From the NCBI GenBank assembly GCA_963706595.1, contig OY970166.1:2336001-2400000 (forward strand): a DNA stretch of 64,000 bases. The letters are read 5' to 3'. The position numbers were made by a program, and so were the translations under genes. This DNA comes from an uncultured cyanobacterium (GTDB lineage: Bacteria; Cyanobacteriota; Cyanobacteriia; Cyanobacteriales; Nostocaceae). This document shows positions 1 through 9,896 of the stretch, piece after piece (positions within the stretch are counted from its first letter, which is position 1; each line of letters opens with the position of its first letter). The notes under the pieces were generated by a model. It had not been told where the DNA came from. It saw only the letters and a program-made list of their open reading frames with translations, and did no database searches.

Positions 1-1093
1 CTAGTTCTGTCTGAAATTCTGCACTCATGGCATACTCGGCAAAGGTGAAGGCGGCTTGTTCTCGTTCTGGTGTGGTTTTGAACAAGAATAAATTTTCACC
101 GCCGACGCTGGTCGCAGGTTCTTGACTCACAGGAATGGGAAAAACGTCAAAGTCTACGCCACTGGCGGTAAATTCTCCCAGACTCCAGGGACCTGTGACT
201 TGCATGGCGACGTTACCAGCGATTAAGTCACCTGTTTCATAGCCTCTTTCGGGACTGGATAACATGGCGGAACCATCTACAATTAGATTACGCCAAAATT
301 GCAAGGCGGCGATCGCACCGGCATTATCTTCTAACATCACTCCTGCTGGATTCTGCGATTCCTCTTTTACCAATTCGCCGCCGCTACTCCACATAAATGG
401 TAGCCAGGTGAAAACTGTAAATTCTCCTTTCCCTAATGGCAAAAACATTCCATACTGATTTATGCGACCATCGCCATTGGTATCACGAGTTAATTTTTTG
501 GCAACTTCCCGAAACTGTTCCCAAGTCTTAGGTAATTCGGTAATTCCGGCGGCTTTAAATAAACTGGGACGGTAATAGACAGCAACATTATTGGTCGCAA
601 ATGGCACAGACCAAATTTGACCCTGGTATTCCATTGACTCAAATAAAGCGGGGTCAATTTCGGCTTTAACAGGAGAATTATTCAGCTTTTCGTCTAAAGG
701 AATTAAAGCTTGTAGTTCGACTAATTGACCGGCAATGGTGGGGTTATACCATAATAAATCCGGTGGCGCATTGCCCACAACTGCGGCTAAAATTTTTGGC
801 GTTTGCTGGTCTTGTTGTCCAGCATAAAGAGATTCTACTTGAATTTTCGGATGAGTTTGATTAAATTTATCTACAAGCTTTTGTAAAACATCTCGATTAG
901 CTGGTGGGTTTACACCTTGCCATAAAGTCAGATGAATTACACCTGTTTCGGCCGTTCGCATAGTCTGGCATCCACCTAAAGCTAGTATGCCCACTAGCAG
1001 TAACAGCAGTAAACTTTTAAAGTAGTACTGCACGTTTTTTCTTTTTCTCCTGAATTTTTGGGTTATGGAAAAAAGCCGTGCATTATGTCTCAT
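1..1093 (-). CDS. ABC transporter sugar-type substrate-binding lipoprotein (3' end outside window)
   Basis: Not in the ORF track. Manual minus-strand translation gives ...LLLLLVGILALGGC (lipobox) QTMRTAETGVIHLTLWQGVNPPANRDVLQKLVDKFNQTHPKIQVES. Start is ATG 1093 or in-frame GTG 1033. Confidence 0.85.
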   Translation of the reverse strand, partial: MRHNARLFSITQKFRRKRKNVQYYFKSLLLLLLVGILALGGCQTMRTAETGVIHLTLWQGVNPPANRDVLQKLVDKFNQTHPKIQVESLYAGQQDQQTPKILAAVVGNAPPDLLWYNPTIAGQLVELQALIPLDEKLNNSPVKAEIDPALFESMEYQGQIWSVPFATNNVAVYYRPSLFKAAGITELPKTWEQFREVAKKLTRDTNGDGRINQYGMFLPLGKGEFTVFTWLPFMWSSGGELVKEESQNPAGVMLEDNAGAIAALQFWRNLIVDGSAMLSSPERGYETGDLIAGNVAMQVTGPWSLGEFTASGVDFDVFPIPVSQEPATSVGGENLFLFKTTPEREQAAFTFAEYAMSAEFQTEL

Positions 1094-1206
1094 AAGGTAT
1101 CGGAGAATAGAGGTAATTTTTACAAAATTCAATAGGCTGTCTCTTGCATCTAGGTAAAAACTATATATATCCTAAACTTTTAAGGAAGCGTTAATCATTT
1201 GAGATT

Positions 1207-1962
1207 ATGGCAGGACACAGTAAATGGGCTAATATTAAGCGCCAAAAGGCGGTGGTAGATGCCAAAAAGGGCAAGACTTTCGCCCAGTTGTCTAGGGCAA
1301 TTATTATTGCTGCTAGAAGTGGTGTACCAGACCCAAATTTAAATTTTCAGCTACGGACAGCTATTGATAAGGCTAAGGCGGCTGATATTCCTAATGATAA
1401 TATTGAACGGGCGATCGCTAAAGGGGCGGGAACTTTTGGCGGTGATGGTGCTAGTTTTGAGGCTATTCGTTATGAGGGTTATGGTCCGGGTGGTGTGGCG
1501 ATTTTAATTGAAGCCCTGACTGATAATCGTAATCGCACGGCGGCTGATTTACGTGGGGCTTTTAGTAAATGTGGTGGAAATTTGGGTGAAACGGGTTGTG
1601 TTAGCTGGATGTTTGACCAAAAGGGTGTGTGTGTGGTTTCTGGGGTGGAGGATGAAGACCAGCTTTTGGAAGCGTCTCTGGAAGGTGGGGCTGAGTTTTA
1701 TGAGATGTCTGAGGATGATATGGCTGAGGTGTTTACTGAGATGTCAAATTTGGAGGTTCTCAGTCAGAGGTTGAGGGATACGGGTTTTCGGGTGGATGAT
1801 GTGGAGTTACGCTGGATTCCTAGTAATTATATTGAGGTTGTTGATTTTGAGCAAGGGCGATCGCTTGTTAAGTTAATTGATTCTCTTGAGGGGTTGGATG
1901 ATGTCCAGAATGTGACTGCTAATTTTGATATGGCGGATAGTGTTTTGGAGTTGTTGGTTTAA
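1207..1962 (+). CDS. yebC: YebC/PmpR family protein
   Basis: MAGHSKWANIK N-terminus, YEGYGPGGVA and TDNRNRT motifs. Confidence 0.95.
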   Translation: MAGHSKWANIKRQKAVVDAKKGKTFAQLSRAIIIAARSGVPDPNLNFQLRTAIDKAKAADIPNDNIERAIAKGAGTFGGDGASFEAIRYEGYGPGGVAILIEALTDNRNRTAADLRGAFSKCGGNLGETGCVSWMFDQKGVCVVSGVEDEDQLLEASLEGGAEFYEMSEDDMAEVFTEMSNLEVLSQRLRDTGFRVDDVELRWIPSNYIEVVDFEQGRSLVKLIDSLEGLDDVQNVTANFDMADSVLELLV

Positions 1963-2032
1963 GAGGAACGAACCGCCAAGGCGCAAAGTACGCCAAGGAA
2001 GAGGGGAAAAGGTAATATTACGAATTACAAAT

Positions 2033-2128
2033 TATAGCGGTATGCACTTCAATATAGCCCCCTCCTCGCTTGCGGGGAGGGGGTTGGGGGTGGGGTTCTT
2101 GTATCTCACTTAATTGATAACCGCTATA
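2033..2128. mobile_element. MITE-like element with TATAGCGGT/ACCGCTATA ends and a GC-rich hairpin core
   Basis: Terminal inverted repeats; sits inside a TTACGAA heptamer array; a related inverted copy is at 33872-33981. Confidence 0.7.
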
Positions 2129-2146
2129 CGAATTACGAATTATGAA

Positions 2147-3958
2147 TTATTTGTAGCCCGCAGCTTGCAAATAAAACAATTTGGCGTAACGTCCTCCGGT
2201 CTGTAATAATTCTTCGTGGGTTCCCTGTTCTGCAATTTTACCTTCTTCGATAACTGCAATTTTGTCAGCCATTCTGACTGTGGAGAAACGGTGAGAAATT
2301 AAAAATACCATCTGATTTTGTGTCAGTGTGCGAAAATGATTGAATATATCAAACTCGGCTTGAGCATCCATTGCTGATGTTGGTTCGTCTAATACTAAAA
2401 TATCTGCTTTTGTTCGCATAAATGCACGGGCTAGGGCGATTTTTTGCCACTGTCCCCCTGAAAGTTCTTGTCCACTTTTGAACCAACGCCCTAGTTGGGT
2501 TTGAAAGTTTTGCGGTAGTTTCTCTATGAAGGGTTGCGCCATACCTTTTTCGGCGGCTATTTCCCAGCGATATTTATCTTCTAAATGTTCTACGTCGCCG
2601 ACACCAATATTTTCGCCGACGGTGAATTGATAACGCACAAAGTTCTGAAATATGACTCCAATCCGTTGACGCAATACATCGACATTCCATTCTTGCAAGT
2701 CTAAGCCATCTAAATAAATCCTTCCTGAATCTGGGGTGTAAAGTCGGGTGAGTAATTTAATTAAGGTGGTTTTACCTGAACCGTTTTCACCGACAATGGC
2801 TAGTTTTTCTCCCGGTTTTAAATGTAGAGAAATATCTGTTAATGCAGGTTGAGAACTTCCAGGATAAGTAAATGATACGTTCTCAAAACGGACTCCATCT
2901 TCCGGGTTTATCCCTCTGGTTGCATTACCCCAAGATTTGGGAACTTCTTCTTCTAAGAAATCGTAGAGGTTGGACAAATATAAGTTGTCTTCATACATTC
3001 CGCCAATTGAAGTTAGGGCATTAGAAAATGTAGACTGTCCTTGGCGAAACACGGTGAGATACATTGTCATATCTCCTAAAGAAATCCTCCCCATTGCTGT
3101 TTCAACAACTATCCAAGCGTAAGCTAAGTAAAAAGCCGCCGTACTCACTAAACTTAGGAGATATCCCCACAAACCCCGCCGTAGAGTTAAATCTCTATCT
3201 TCACTATATAGTTGACGAAACAGGTTGCGGTAACGTTCTAGCAGGGTTTCACCTAGTTGGTAAAGTTTGACTTCTGTGGCATAGTCTTCTCTGGCTAGTA
3301 AGCTTTCGATATATTGCTGTTTCCGGCTTTCTGGGGCGCGCCAACTAAATAAACGAAAGGCTTGTCCAGCAAATTTGGTTTCGGCAATAAAGGAGGGCAT
3401 CGCTGCTAAAATTAAGACTATGACTGCCCAAGCTGAGAAGTTTATTAATAAAATGCCGTAGGTGACTAGGGAAAGGGCGTTTTGTACTAAGCCAAAGGTG
3501 CGATTTACTAAGGAAAGGGGACGCACTGAGGCTTCGCGCCGGGCGTTGGTGAGTTTGTCATAAAATTCGGAATCTTCAAACTGGCGTAAATCTAATGTCA
3601 GGGCTTTTTCTAATATCAGTACATTTACTTTTTGCCCTAGTAGCACCCGTAACAGCGATTGACAGATAGAAATGCCCCGTTGACTTCCTGCGAGGAGTGC
3701 GATCGCCACTGCTTCCAAGCCCACATATAATAAAGGTTGGGTAATATTGCCATCATTGACTTGCGCCGCCAAAACAACAGCATCCACAATTAACTTGCCA
3801 ATGTAGGCGATCGCAGCTGGTAAAAGACCCGCAACTAAAGTTAAAGTAGCAAGAATAATGGTCAAAATCTGACTAGTATTCCACACTAAGCTGATAGCCC
3901 GTCCGCTATAGCGAAAAACAGCCAATGACTGGCGCAGAGTGTTTCTTATTTTTTTCAT
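2147..3958 (-). CDS. ABC exporter, fused permease/ATP-binding protein
   Basis: N-terminal TM helices, Walker A GENGSGKT, LSGGQ signature, Walker B ILVLDEP. Start moved to ATG 3958 (MKKIRN) to avoid overlap with the divergent gene. Confidence 0.92.
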   Translation of the reverse strand: MKKIRNTLRQSLAVFRYSGRAISLVWNTSQILTIILATLTLVAGLLPAAIAYIGKLIVDAVVLAAQVNDGNITQPLLYVGLEAVAIALLAGSQRGISICQSLLRVLLGQKVNVLILEKALTLDLRQFEDSEFYDKLTNARREASVRPLSLVNRTFGLVQNALSLVTYGILLINFSAWAVIVLILAAMPSFIAETKFAGQAFRLFSWRAPESRKQQYIESLLAREDYATEVKLYQLGETLLERYRNLFRQLYSEDRDLTLRRGLWGYLLSLVSTAAFYLAYAWIVVETAMGRISLGDMTMYLTVFRQGQSTFSNALTSIGGMYEDNLYLSNLYDFLEEEVPKSWGNATRGINPEDGVRFENVSFTYPGSSQPALTDISLHLKPGEKLAIVGENGSGKTTLIKLLTRLYTPDSGRIYLDGLDLQEWNVDVLRQRIGVIFQNFVRYQFTVGENIGVGDVEHLEDKYRWEIAAEKGMAQPFIEKLPQNFQTQLGRWFKSGQELSGGQWQKIALARAFMRTKADILVLDEPTSAMDAQAEFDIFNHFRTLTQNQMVFLISHRFSTVRMADKIAVIEEGKIAEQGTHEELLQTGGRYAKLFYLQAAGYK

Positions 3959-3985
3959 GCTTATTTTTATACTGATTCTTATAAA

Positions 3986-4783
3986 ATGATCAAAATTTGG
4001 CAAGTTGACTTTTATCGTCGTCCGGTGCAGGATAAATCTGGACAAATTCTCTGGGAATTGTTGATTTGTGACGCAACACGTAGCTTTGAATATACAGCCA
4101 CCTGTCCCCAGTCAGCAGCCAACTCTCATTGGCTTGAGACTCAAATTCAGTTAGCAGATAATGACAACTTACCAGATATAATTGAGGTTTTTCGTCCCCA
4201 GTCTTTGAGTTTAATTCAAGCAGCTGCAAACAACTTAGATATTGATGTCGAAGCTACCCGCTACACTTTGGCGTTAAAACAGTGGTTAGAAGAAAAGCAA
4301 TATCCCTTAGCCCTGGATAAACCACCCCCAACACCATTACCCGAAAACCTCTGGGGGGAAGAATGGCGGTTTGCTACACTCTCAGCCGGCGAACTCGCAG
4401 ATGTGTTTGCACAACGCCCGATACCGATTGTATCTATACCAGAGTTTTTGAAACCGATAAATTTGGGTTTAGCATCCACAGTCCCTGTTCCTGGTGTCAT
4501 TATCTATGGTGGCAGAAAATCGATGCGTTTAGCAAGGTGGTTAGAAGAGGCACAGCCAGTATCGTTAAATTACATAGCTGGCGAGCCAAATGGTTTAATA
4601 TTAGAAGCTGGTTTAGTTGATAGATGGATTGTGGCGACGTTTGCAGATGCAGAGGTGGAAGCTGCTGCAAAAGTTTATCAACAGCGTCAACAACAAAGCC
4701 AAGGATTGCATTTTTTGTTAGTTCAACCCGATGATTCCGGGATGACTTATACAGGCTTTTGGTTATTAAGGGCAGAAAAATAG
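3986..4783 (+). CDS. Tab2/Atab2 family RNA-binding protein
   Basis: IWQVDFYRRP...LWELLICD N-terminus and GLHFLLVQPDDSG..YTGFWLL C-terminus. Confidence 0.88.
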   Translation: MIKIWQVDFYRRPVQDKSGQILWELLICDATRSFEYTATCPQSAANSHWLETQIQLADNDNLPDIIEVFRPQSLSLIQAAANNLDIDVEATRYTLALKQWLEEKQYPLALDKPPPTPLPENLWGEEWRFATLSAGELADVFAQRPIPIVSIPEFLKPINLGLASTVPVPGVIIYGGRKSMRLARWLEEAQPVSLNYIAGEPNGLILEAGLVDRWIVATFADAEVEAAAKVYQQRQQQSQGLHFLLVQPDDSGMTYTGFWLLRAEK

Positions 4784-4797
4784 TTCTAGAATTTGTT

Positions 4798-4937
4798 ATA
4801 TCAAGTCCGGTTGAATACTTACGAAACGCGAAAACCTGCTAAACCTTTGCTTTATCTCCCCTCCTCGCTTGCGGGGAGGGGTTGGGGGTGGGGTGACATG
4901 ATTGTGGCAATCGTCACTAATTAAACGGACATGATAT
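4798..4937. mobile_element. MITE-like element carrying the GC-rich hairpin repeat
   Basis: Imperfect TIR ATATCAAGTCCG / CGGACATGATAT; internal CCCCTCCTCGCTTGCGGGGAGGGG core at 4858-4894. Confidence 0.6.
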
Positions 4938-6238
4938 TAGATAACTAATTCCTCAATTTTCTCTGTTTTTGGTTGAGAATAAGACAACATTTTTAGTAAC
5001 ACTTCTTCAGCAACAGCTTTAACTACATTAATGCTTACCGAATTTCCTAGTTGATGGTAAGCTTTATCATCATTGGGATGAAGTAGAAAACTATCTGGAA
5101 AACCTTGTAACCTTGCTGCTTCACGAGGAGTTAGTCGTCGCACTCGCTGATTGTGATACACCCCTAATCGATTGGCATCACTAGCAACTAATGTTACTGA
5201 AATTTTATTTGGGTCTACAAATTTATAAACTTCAAATGAAAAATTACCAGATAAAGGTTTATATTTTCCATTAATTAGTTTAAGATATTTCTTGGCAACA
5301 AGTGAGTTTAAAACTTCTCCCAGATGAGGATAATCACAAAAACTAGCTATTTGTTCCTGAGTTAATAATTTACCATCTTGTTCGCAACCGAATTCTTTAT
5401 TTCGTCTTTTTAATATAAACTGGTTCATCAATGCAATTTCTTCTGCACTACATTCACCACGCAATCCTAATTCCCAAGAATGAATGGAGTTTCCTCCTCG
5501 ATAATCAATTAGTCTCACGCCGTGTAAGCGATTTAAATCATTGTTGAATATGCGTTTTAAAGCATTAATAAATGCTGGAGAACAATCATATTTACTACTA
5601 GGATTATCTTCTAAAATATCAGCAACAGTTGCAGTTTTTTTGGTTTGATGAAATAAACACATCTGTTGCGGATTATAAGTATGAGAATCTTTAGGTCCCA
5701 CATCTGACATCAAATCAAACTTAGGCGTGGCGTTTAAAATACCTATTAAATAAATTCGGACACGGTTTTGTGGTAAACCAAAGTTTGCACTGTTGAGTAA
5801 AAAAGCATCAAAGCTGTAACCTCTTTTTTGGATTTCGTGTTTAATAGTTACCAGAGTTTTACCTTGGTCATGACTGTAAATTCCTCGGACATTTTCAAAA
5901 ATAAAAGCTTGTGGTTTATATGTATCCAGTAATCTGGTGATTTCAAAAAATAGTGTCCCTCGTGTATCGCTAAAACCTTCTTTTTTACCAGCATGAGAAA
6001 ATGATTGACAGGGGAAACCAGCTAATAATATTTCATGTTCTGGTAGTTTCTCTATCAGTCGGACATCACCTAAAGACTTGTGATTGAAGTTGGTTTCATA
6101 AACGAATTGAGCATCTGTATTGATTTCGCTACTTAAAACACATTCACTTTCTATATTTAAGGAATTAGCCGCTTGTTCAAAGGCTAATCTAATTCCCCCT
6201 ATTCCTGAAAATAAGTCAATGAACCTAATTTTTTGCAT
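4937..6238 (-). CDS. DNA (cytosine-5) methyltransferase, BanI/HgiCI-like
   Basis: Motifs DLFSGIGG, GFPCQ, ENV, QNRVRIY, RLQGFP, GNSV; variable region LIDYRGGNSIHSWELG resembles M.BanI as I recall it. Confidence 0.93.
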   Translation of the reverse strand: MQKIRFIDLFSGIGGIRLAFEQAANSLNIESECVLSSEINTDAQFVYETNFNHKSLGDVRLIEKLPEHEILLAGFPCQSFSHAGKKEGFSDTRGTLFFEITRLLDTYKPQAFIFENVRGIYSHDQGKTLVTIKHEIQKRGYSFDAFLLNSANFGLPQNRVRIYLIGILNATPKFDLMSDVGPKDSHTYNPQQMCLFHQTKKTATVADILEDNPSSKYDCSPAFINALKRIFNNDLNRLHGVRLIDYRGGNSIHSWELGLRGECSAEEIALMNQFILKRRNKEFGCEQDGKLLTQEQIASFCDYPHLGEVLNSLVAKKYLKLINGKYKPLSGNFSFEVYKFVDPNKISVTLVASDANRLGVYHNQRVRRLTPREAARLQGFPDSFLLHPNDDKAYHQLGNSVSINVVKAVAEEVLLKMLSYSQPKTEKIEELVI

Positions 6239-6275
6239 CTTGTTAAATAGTTTTTTACCTAAAAATTAAAATGAT

Positions 6276-7319
6276 TTATCTGTCTAAAAAATATTCCTTT
6301 AAAAAATCACAAAATACATCAAGTTCTTCACGAGAAAACGCCACTGTACAATGACTATATGAACAAATTATCCTGAGTGCATTTTCTCTTTGAAAGTTGC
6401 CAGCACCATCAAGGACATAACCTATTTTATATCCAAGTGCTTCAATTTGTTCAAACCGCGATTTTGCTTGTCCAGCTTTTCTCTCAATCACACTATTAGT
6501 AGTTACTTGAAAGCTGACTTCTATAGCTACATACTTATTTTCTTGAGAAAGTACAATATCAAATGTTGTCGGATTATTGTCTTCAGTATGACTTACCCCT
6601 GGTATCTGTCCATTTGCTTTTATATCAACATTTGGAAGATTAAGGTGATTTTCTAAATATTCTTTGACAAAAGTTTGAGTAATTTGTCCTAAACTATTTG
6701 ATTGCGAACCAGCAGTAATGCGACTAACCCAGATATATCTTTGTTTAATAAATTGTTGTAACTTATCTGTTCTACCTATGTAGTTACCAATTTCACATTT
6801 CACTAGGATTTCTGAAGCTTTTTCGTTTGTGGAATTACTACCAAACAAAATCAAAGCTATAACGTCTTTGTGTAGTTGGGAAAGAGGTTGGTCTTCCAGT
6901 ATCTTTTTGCCAGTTATACCAAGTTTAGTATTATTGAGTTGACCCGATACAGGCAAAACTAGAAAACTATAAGAATAGCTTTTTGTATCCCATAAATAAT
7001 CTAACCTTTTAGAAGGAAATATTGATTCAAACTGACTATTTAATCTCTGAATCATCTCACCCCCAAAGTCAGCTAAAACAAGCAAATGTTTCAAAAATAG
7101 ATTTGCTGGGAGGCTGGAAGATTCAATAATTTGAAATAGTCCGTTTAAATTAGATACGCTAACACTCAAAATAGCAATAAATTGGTCTTGCGTTTCTATC
7201 AGTTTGGGAATTACACTCAGTTCTGCTTCTTGTTTTGATAACTTTGAAGGCCAAAACATAGAGGCTAACTGACGTAAATCCTCAACATTTCTCTGATAAC
7301 CTGGATTCAACATAATCAA
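6276..7319 (-). CDS. Type II restriction endonuclease, BanI/HgiCI-like (predicted GGYRCC)
   Basis: NLFLKHLLVLADFGGE, TTFDIV...AIEVSFQVTTNSVIERKAGQA and DGAGNFQR resemble R.BanI as I recall it; adjacent to the C5 MTase. Confidence 0.85.
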   Translation of the reverse strand: MIMLNPGYQRNVEDLRQLASMFWPSKLSKQEAELSVIPKLIETQDQFIAILSVSVSNLNGLFQIIESSSLPANLFLKHLLVLADFGGEMIQRLNSQFESIFPSKRLDYLWDTKSYSYSFLVLPVSGQLNNTKLGITGKKILEDQPLSQLHKDVIALILFGSNSTNEKASEILVKCEIGNYIGRTDKLQQFIKQRYIWVSRITAGSQSNSLGQITQTFVKEYLENHLNLPNVDIKANGQIPGVSHTEDNNPTTFDIVLSQENKYVAIEVSFQVTTNSVIERKAGQAKSRFEQIEALGYKIGYVLDGAGNFQRENALRIICSYSHCTVAFSREELDVFCDFLKEYFLDR

Positions 7320-7578
7320 TGTGTTATGCTAGTAGGCTGATTGGCTAACGCGAGGGGACTGGTATTTATTTTCATGAAGCAGTTAGTTAATGATTTCTCT
7401 TTAATCAGGATCACTGTTTTGGAGAATCAAGATTATTACTGCGTATTAAAATTGACTATTACAATTTTAGTATAGTTACTCAACCTGACTAGACATAAAC
7501 TATGGTTTGATACTTCAGAGATTAAAATTTATACAAGTATCAATATACACATTAATTCCATCTGAACTAACGCAATTC

Positions 7579-7875
7579 CTATTTTGCCTGAACCCGTGCT
7601 TGCTTCACCATTGCAATCAAAGTTTGGTGAGCATCTTCGGAGTCTACTAAAGTATGATCGAACTGAATCCGAACTTGAATCCGAACTGGGACAGTTTCAG
7701 AATTTACCTGTGCGGTTAAATTCATCCCCTCAGCGTCAATTGACAGCATTTCTGCGGTTGTCGCATCTGTAACACCGCCAAAAGCCTGGGCGTAAAGAAC
7801 CACCGCATTAGCATGATCATCGTTCATGTGACTGCAAATGCGTGAGCTGATTTCAGGAGAGAAGTTATCAGACAT
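7579..7875 (-). CDS. DUF2470 domain protein
   Basis: RICSHMNDDH motif, MLSIDAEGM, C-terminal LIAM helix; start set at MSDNFS. Confidence 0.85.
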   Translation of the reverse strand: MSDNFSPEISSRICSHMNDDHANAVVLYAQAFGGVTDATTAEMLSIDAEGMNLTAQVNSETVPVRIQVRIQFDHTLVDSEDAHQTLIAMVKQARVQAK

Positions 7876-8170
7876 GATGTAGTTGGGAGTTAGTAATACA
7901 GCCATTGCCTAAATTTTAAGCTAATTTGGCTAAAATTTGCAGGCTGGGAAACTGCCGGCAAAAGTTTCCGTCTTACTCTATTGCTTGGGTCGGCGATGTC
8001 TGACGAACAAGTTGCACTTTGTGTCTTTTTTTGCCGATATAATTTAACAGGTAAAAATTCAATTATGATGAAAGTAACATTTGTCAAATACTGTTTACAT
8101 ATTGTTGCGGAAACCAAAGAAGTTAGACTGTAGCAAAACTATTCAGCCCAACTATTGAAGCTAAGAACCG

Positions 8171-8917
8171 ATGAGCGAAACTAGCCAACGTCGAATTGTG
8201 ATTGGGGATGTACATGGACACTATGAAGGTTTGATGACATTGATGGAGGCGATCGCCCCCACATCAGACGATCAAGTATACTTTTTGGGAGACTTAATTG
8301 ATCGTGGTCCTAAAAGCGCACAGGTAATTGATTTTGTCAAGGACAATAATTATGCGTGTCTGCTGGGAAATCATGAGCAGATGTTATTAAGTATTTTGAC
8401 TGGTAGTAACACTTCTGCATCCGCAATGCAAGCATGGCTGTATGGTGGAGGGCAAGCAACTATAGCCAGTTACGAAGAAGCGAGTATTCCTGACGAACAT
8501 TTGGATTGGTTGAAAAGTTTGCCTCTGTATCTCGATTTGGGAGATATTTGGTTAACTCATGCTGGCGTTGATCCTGAATTATCTTTAGCAGAACAAACTG
8601 CCGAACAATTTTGCTGGATACGTGATGAATTTCACTGCATTTCGCAACCATACTTTGCTGATAAGCTGATGATCATCGGCCATACCATCACCTTTACCTT
8701 CCCTGGCGTTACCCCTGGTAAGTTGGCACAAGGGCAAGGATGGCTAGATATAGATACTGGTGCTTATCATCCCCGCAGTGGCTGGTTAACTGGATTGGAC
8801 GCTACAAATAACTTAATTTATCAAGTCAACGTTTTTAACAATTGTGTTCGCACCTTACCTCTAGCCGAAGGGGTGATCATGGTTGAACCTGCCAAAAGAG
8901 CAGGCTCGCCGCCATAA
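8171..8917 (+). CDS. Calcineurin-like metallophosphoesterase (Ser/Thr phosphatase family)
   Basis: GDVHG, GDLIDRG, GNHE, HAG, GHT, IDTG motifs. Confidence 0.92.
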   Translation: MSETSQRRIVIGDVHGHYEGLMTLMEAIAPTSDDQVYFLGDLIDRGPKSAQVIDFVKDNNYACLLGNHEQMLLSILTGSNTSASAMQAWLYGGGQATIASYEEASIPDEHLDWLKSLPLYLDLGDIWLTHAGVDPELSLAEQTAEQFCWIRDEFHCISQPYFADKLMIIGHTITFTFPGVTPGKLAQGQGWLDIDTGAYHPRSGWLTGLDATNNLIYQVNVFNNCVRTLPLAEGVIMVEPAKRAGSPP

Positions 8918-8949
8918 GCAGCGAGCATAGACAATTGTTGACATTTCAA

Positions 8950-9810
8950 TTAAAGTATGCTGCGGATATTAGCTCGGTAAGCAGCATTATCTAATCCGTC
9001 ACGCTGATTGCTAGGTTTGGCATTAATAGAACTTTGGAGGGCTTTGATGCGATCGCCTGTACCAGGGTGAGTACTCAAAAATGTCGGCACAGAACCCCTC
9101 CCTTGCATCAGCTTTTGCATAAAGGAAACCATTGCCGACTGACCATAACCAGCCTGTGTTAACGCTCTTAATCCTCTATTATCGGCATCAAATTCATCTT
9201 GACGACTGCGGGGACGGTTGAGTGCTAATTCTAAACCAATTCCCACGGCAGCATTGCGATCTAAACCTGCGGCTGAAGCTAAACCACCAGCGATCTCTCT
9301 TTGCCGCATCTGTTGTACTAAGTGTTTGCCGCCAATGTGACCAATTTCATGGGCAATTACACTAGCTAGTTCCGCTTCATTATCTGCGGCTTTCATCAAA
9401 CCTGTGTGGATGTATACATAACCGCCCAAAGTAGCAAAGGCATTGATAGCGTTATCATCAACGACTTGGAAGGTAAAAGGAAGATTAGGGCGATCGCTAC
9501 TAGCTACCAAGCGTTGACCAATTTGTTCTACATAGCGATTAATTTGAGAATTACGGCTAAATCGAATATTACTACTTTGCAACTGCTGATTCATCTGCCT
9601 ACCAAGATCAACCTCTTGGCGATCAGACATATTAGACATCTGAATTACCTGTATTCCCCGGAACAGAAGAGACCGGATATCAAAGGCATTTGCCGATATG
9701 GGTGTATTCAGGCACAGAGTGACGGCGACTACTACCGAAATCAACGGATAAAACCAACGTCGCCGTCCAGGATGATGATTTGCCAAAAATCCTTTCAAAT
9801 TCATTGTCAT
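8950..9810 (-). CDS. M48 family zinc metallopeptidase
   Basis: INAFA, HEIGH (HExxH), EFDAD, FLSTHP; N-terminal signal-like segment. Confidence 0.92.
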   Translation of the reverse strand: MTMNLKGFLANHHPGRRRWFYPLISVVVAVTLCLNTPISANAFDIRSLLFRGIQVIQMSNMSDRQEVDLGRQMNQQLQSSNIRFSRNSQINRYVEQIGQRLVASSDRPNLPFTFQVVDDNAINAFATLGGYVYIHTGLMKAADNEAELASVIAHEIGHIGGKHLVQQMRQREIAGGLASAAGLDRNAAVGIGLELALNRPRSRQDEFDADNRGLRALTQAGYGQSAMVSFMQKLMQGRGSVPTFLSTHPGTGDRIKALQSSINAKPSNQRDGLDNAAYRANIRSIL

Positions 9811-9896
9811 CAGGTTAATGGGATAAACTAGAGGACGGATTTAGAGCCTTCTAAGTTGCATTCTTGACTTCAAACAAAAGTTATATACCAGTATGA

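Noticed and set aside
8890..8930. Possible frameshift at the phosphatase C-terminus (another frame reads ARRHKQRA*)
   Set aside because: Cannot be judged without an orthologue alignment; the catalytic domain is complete either way.
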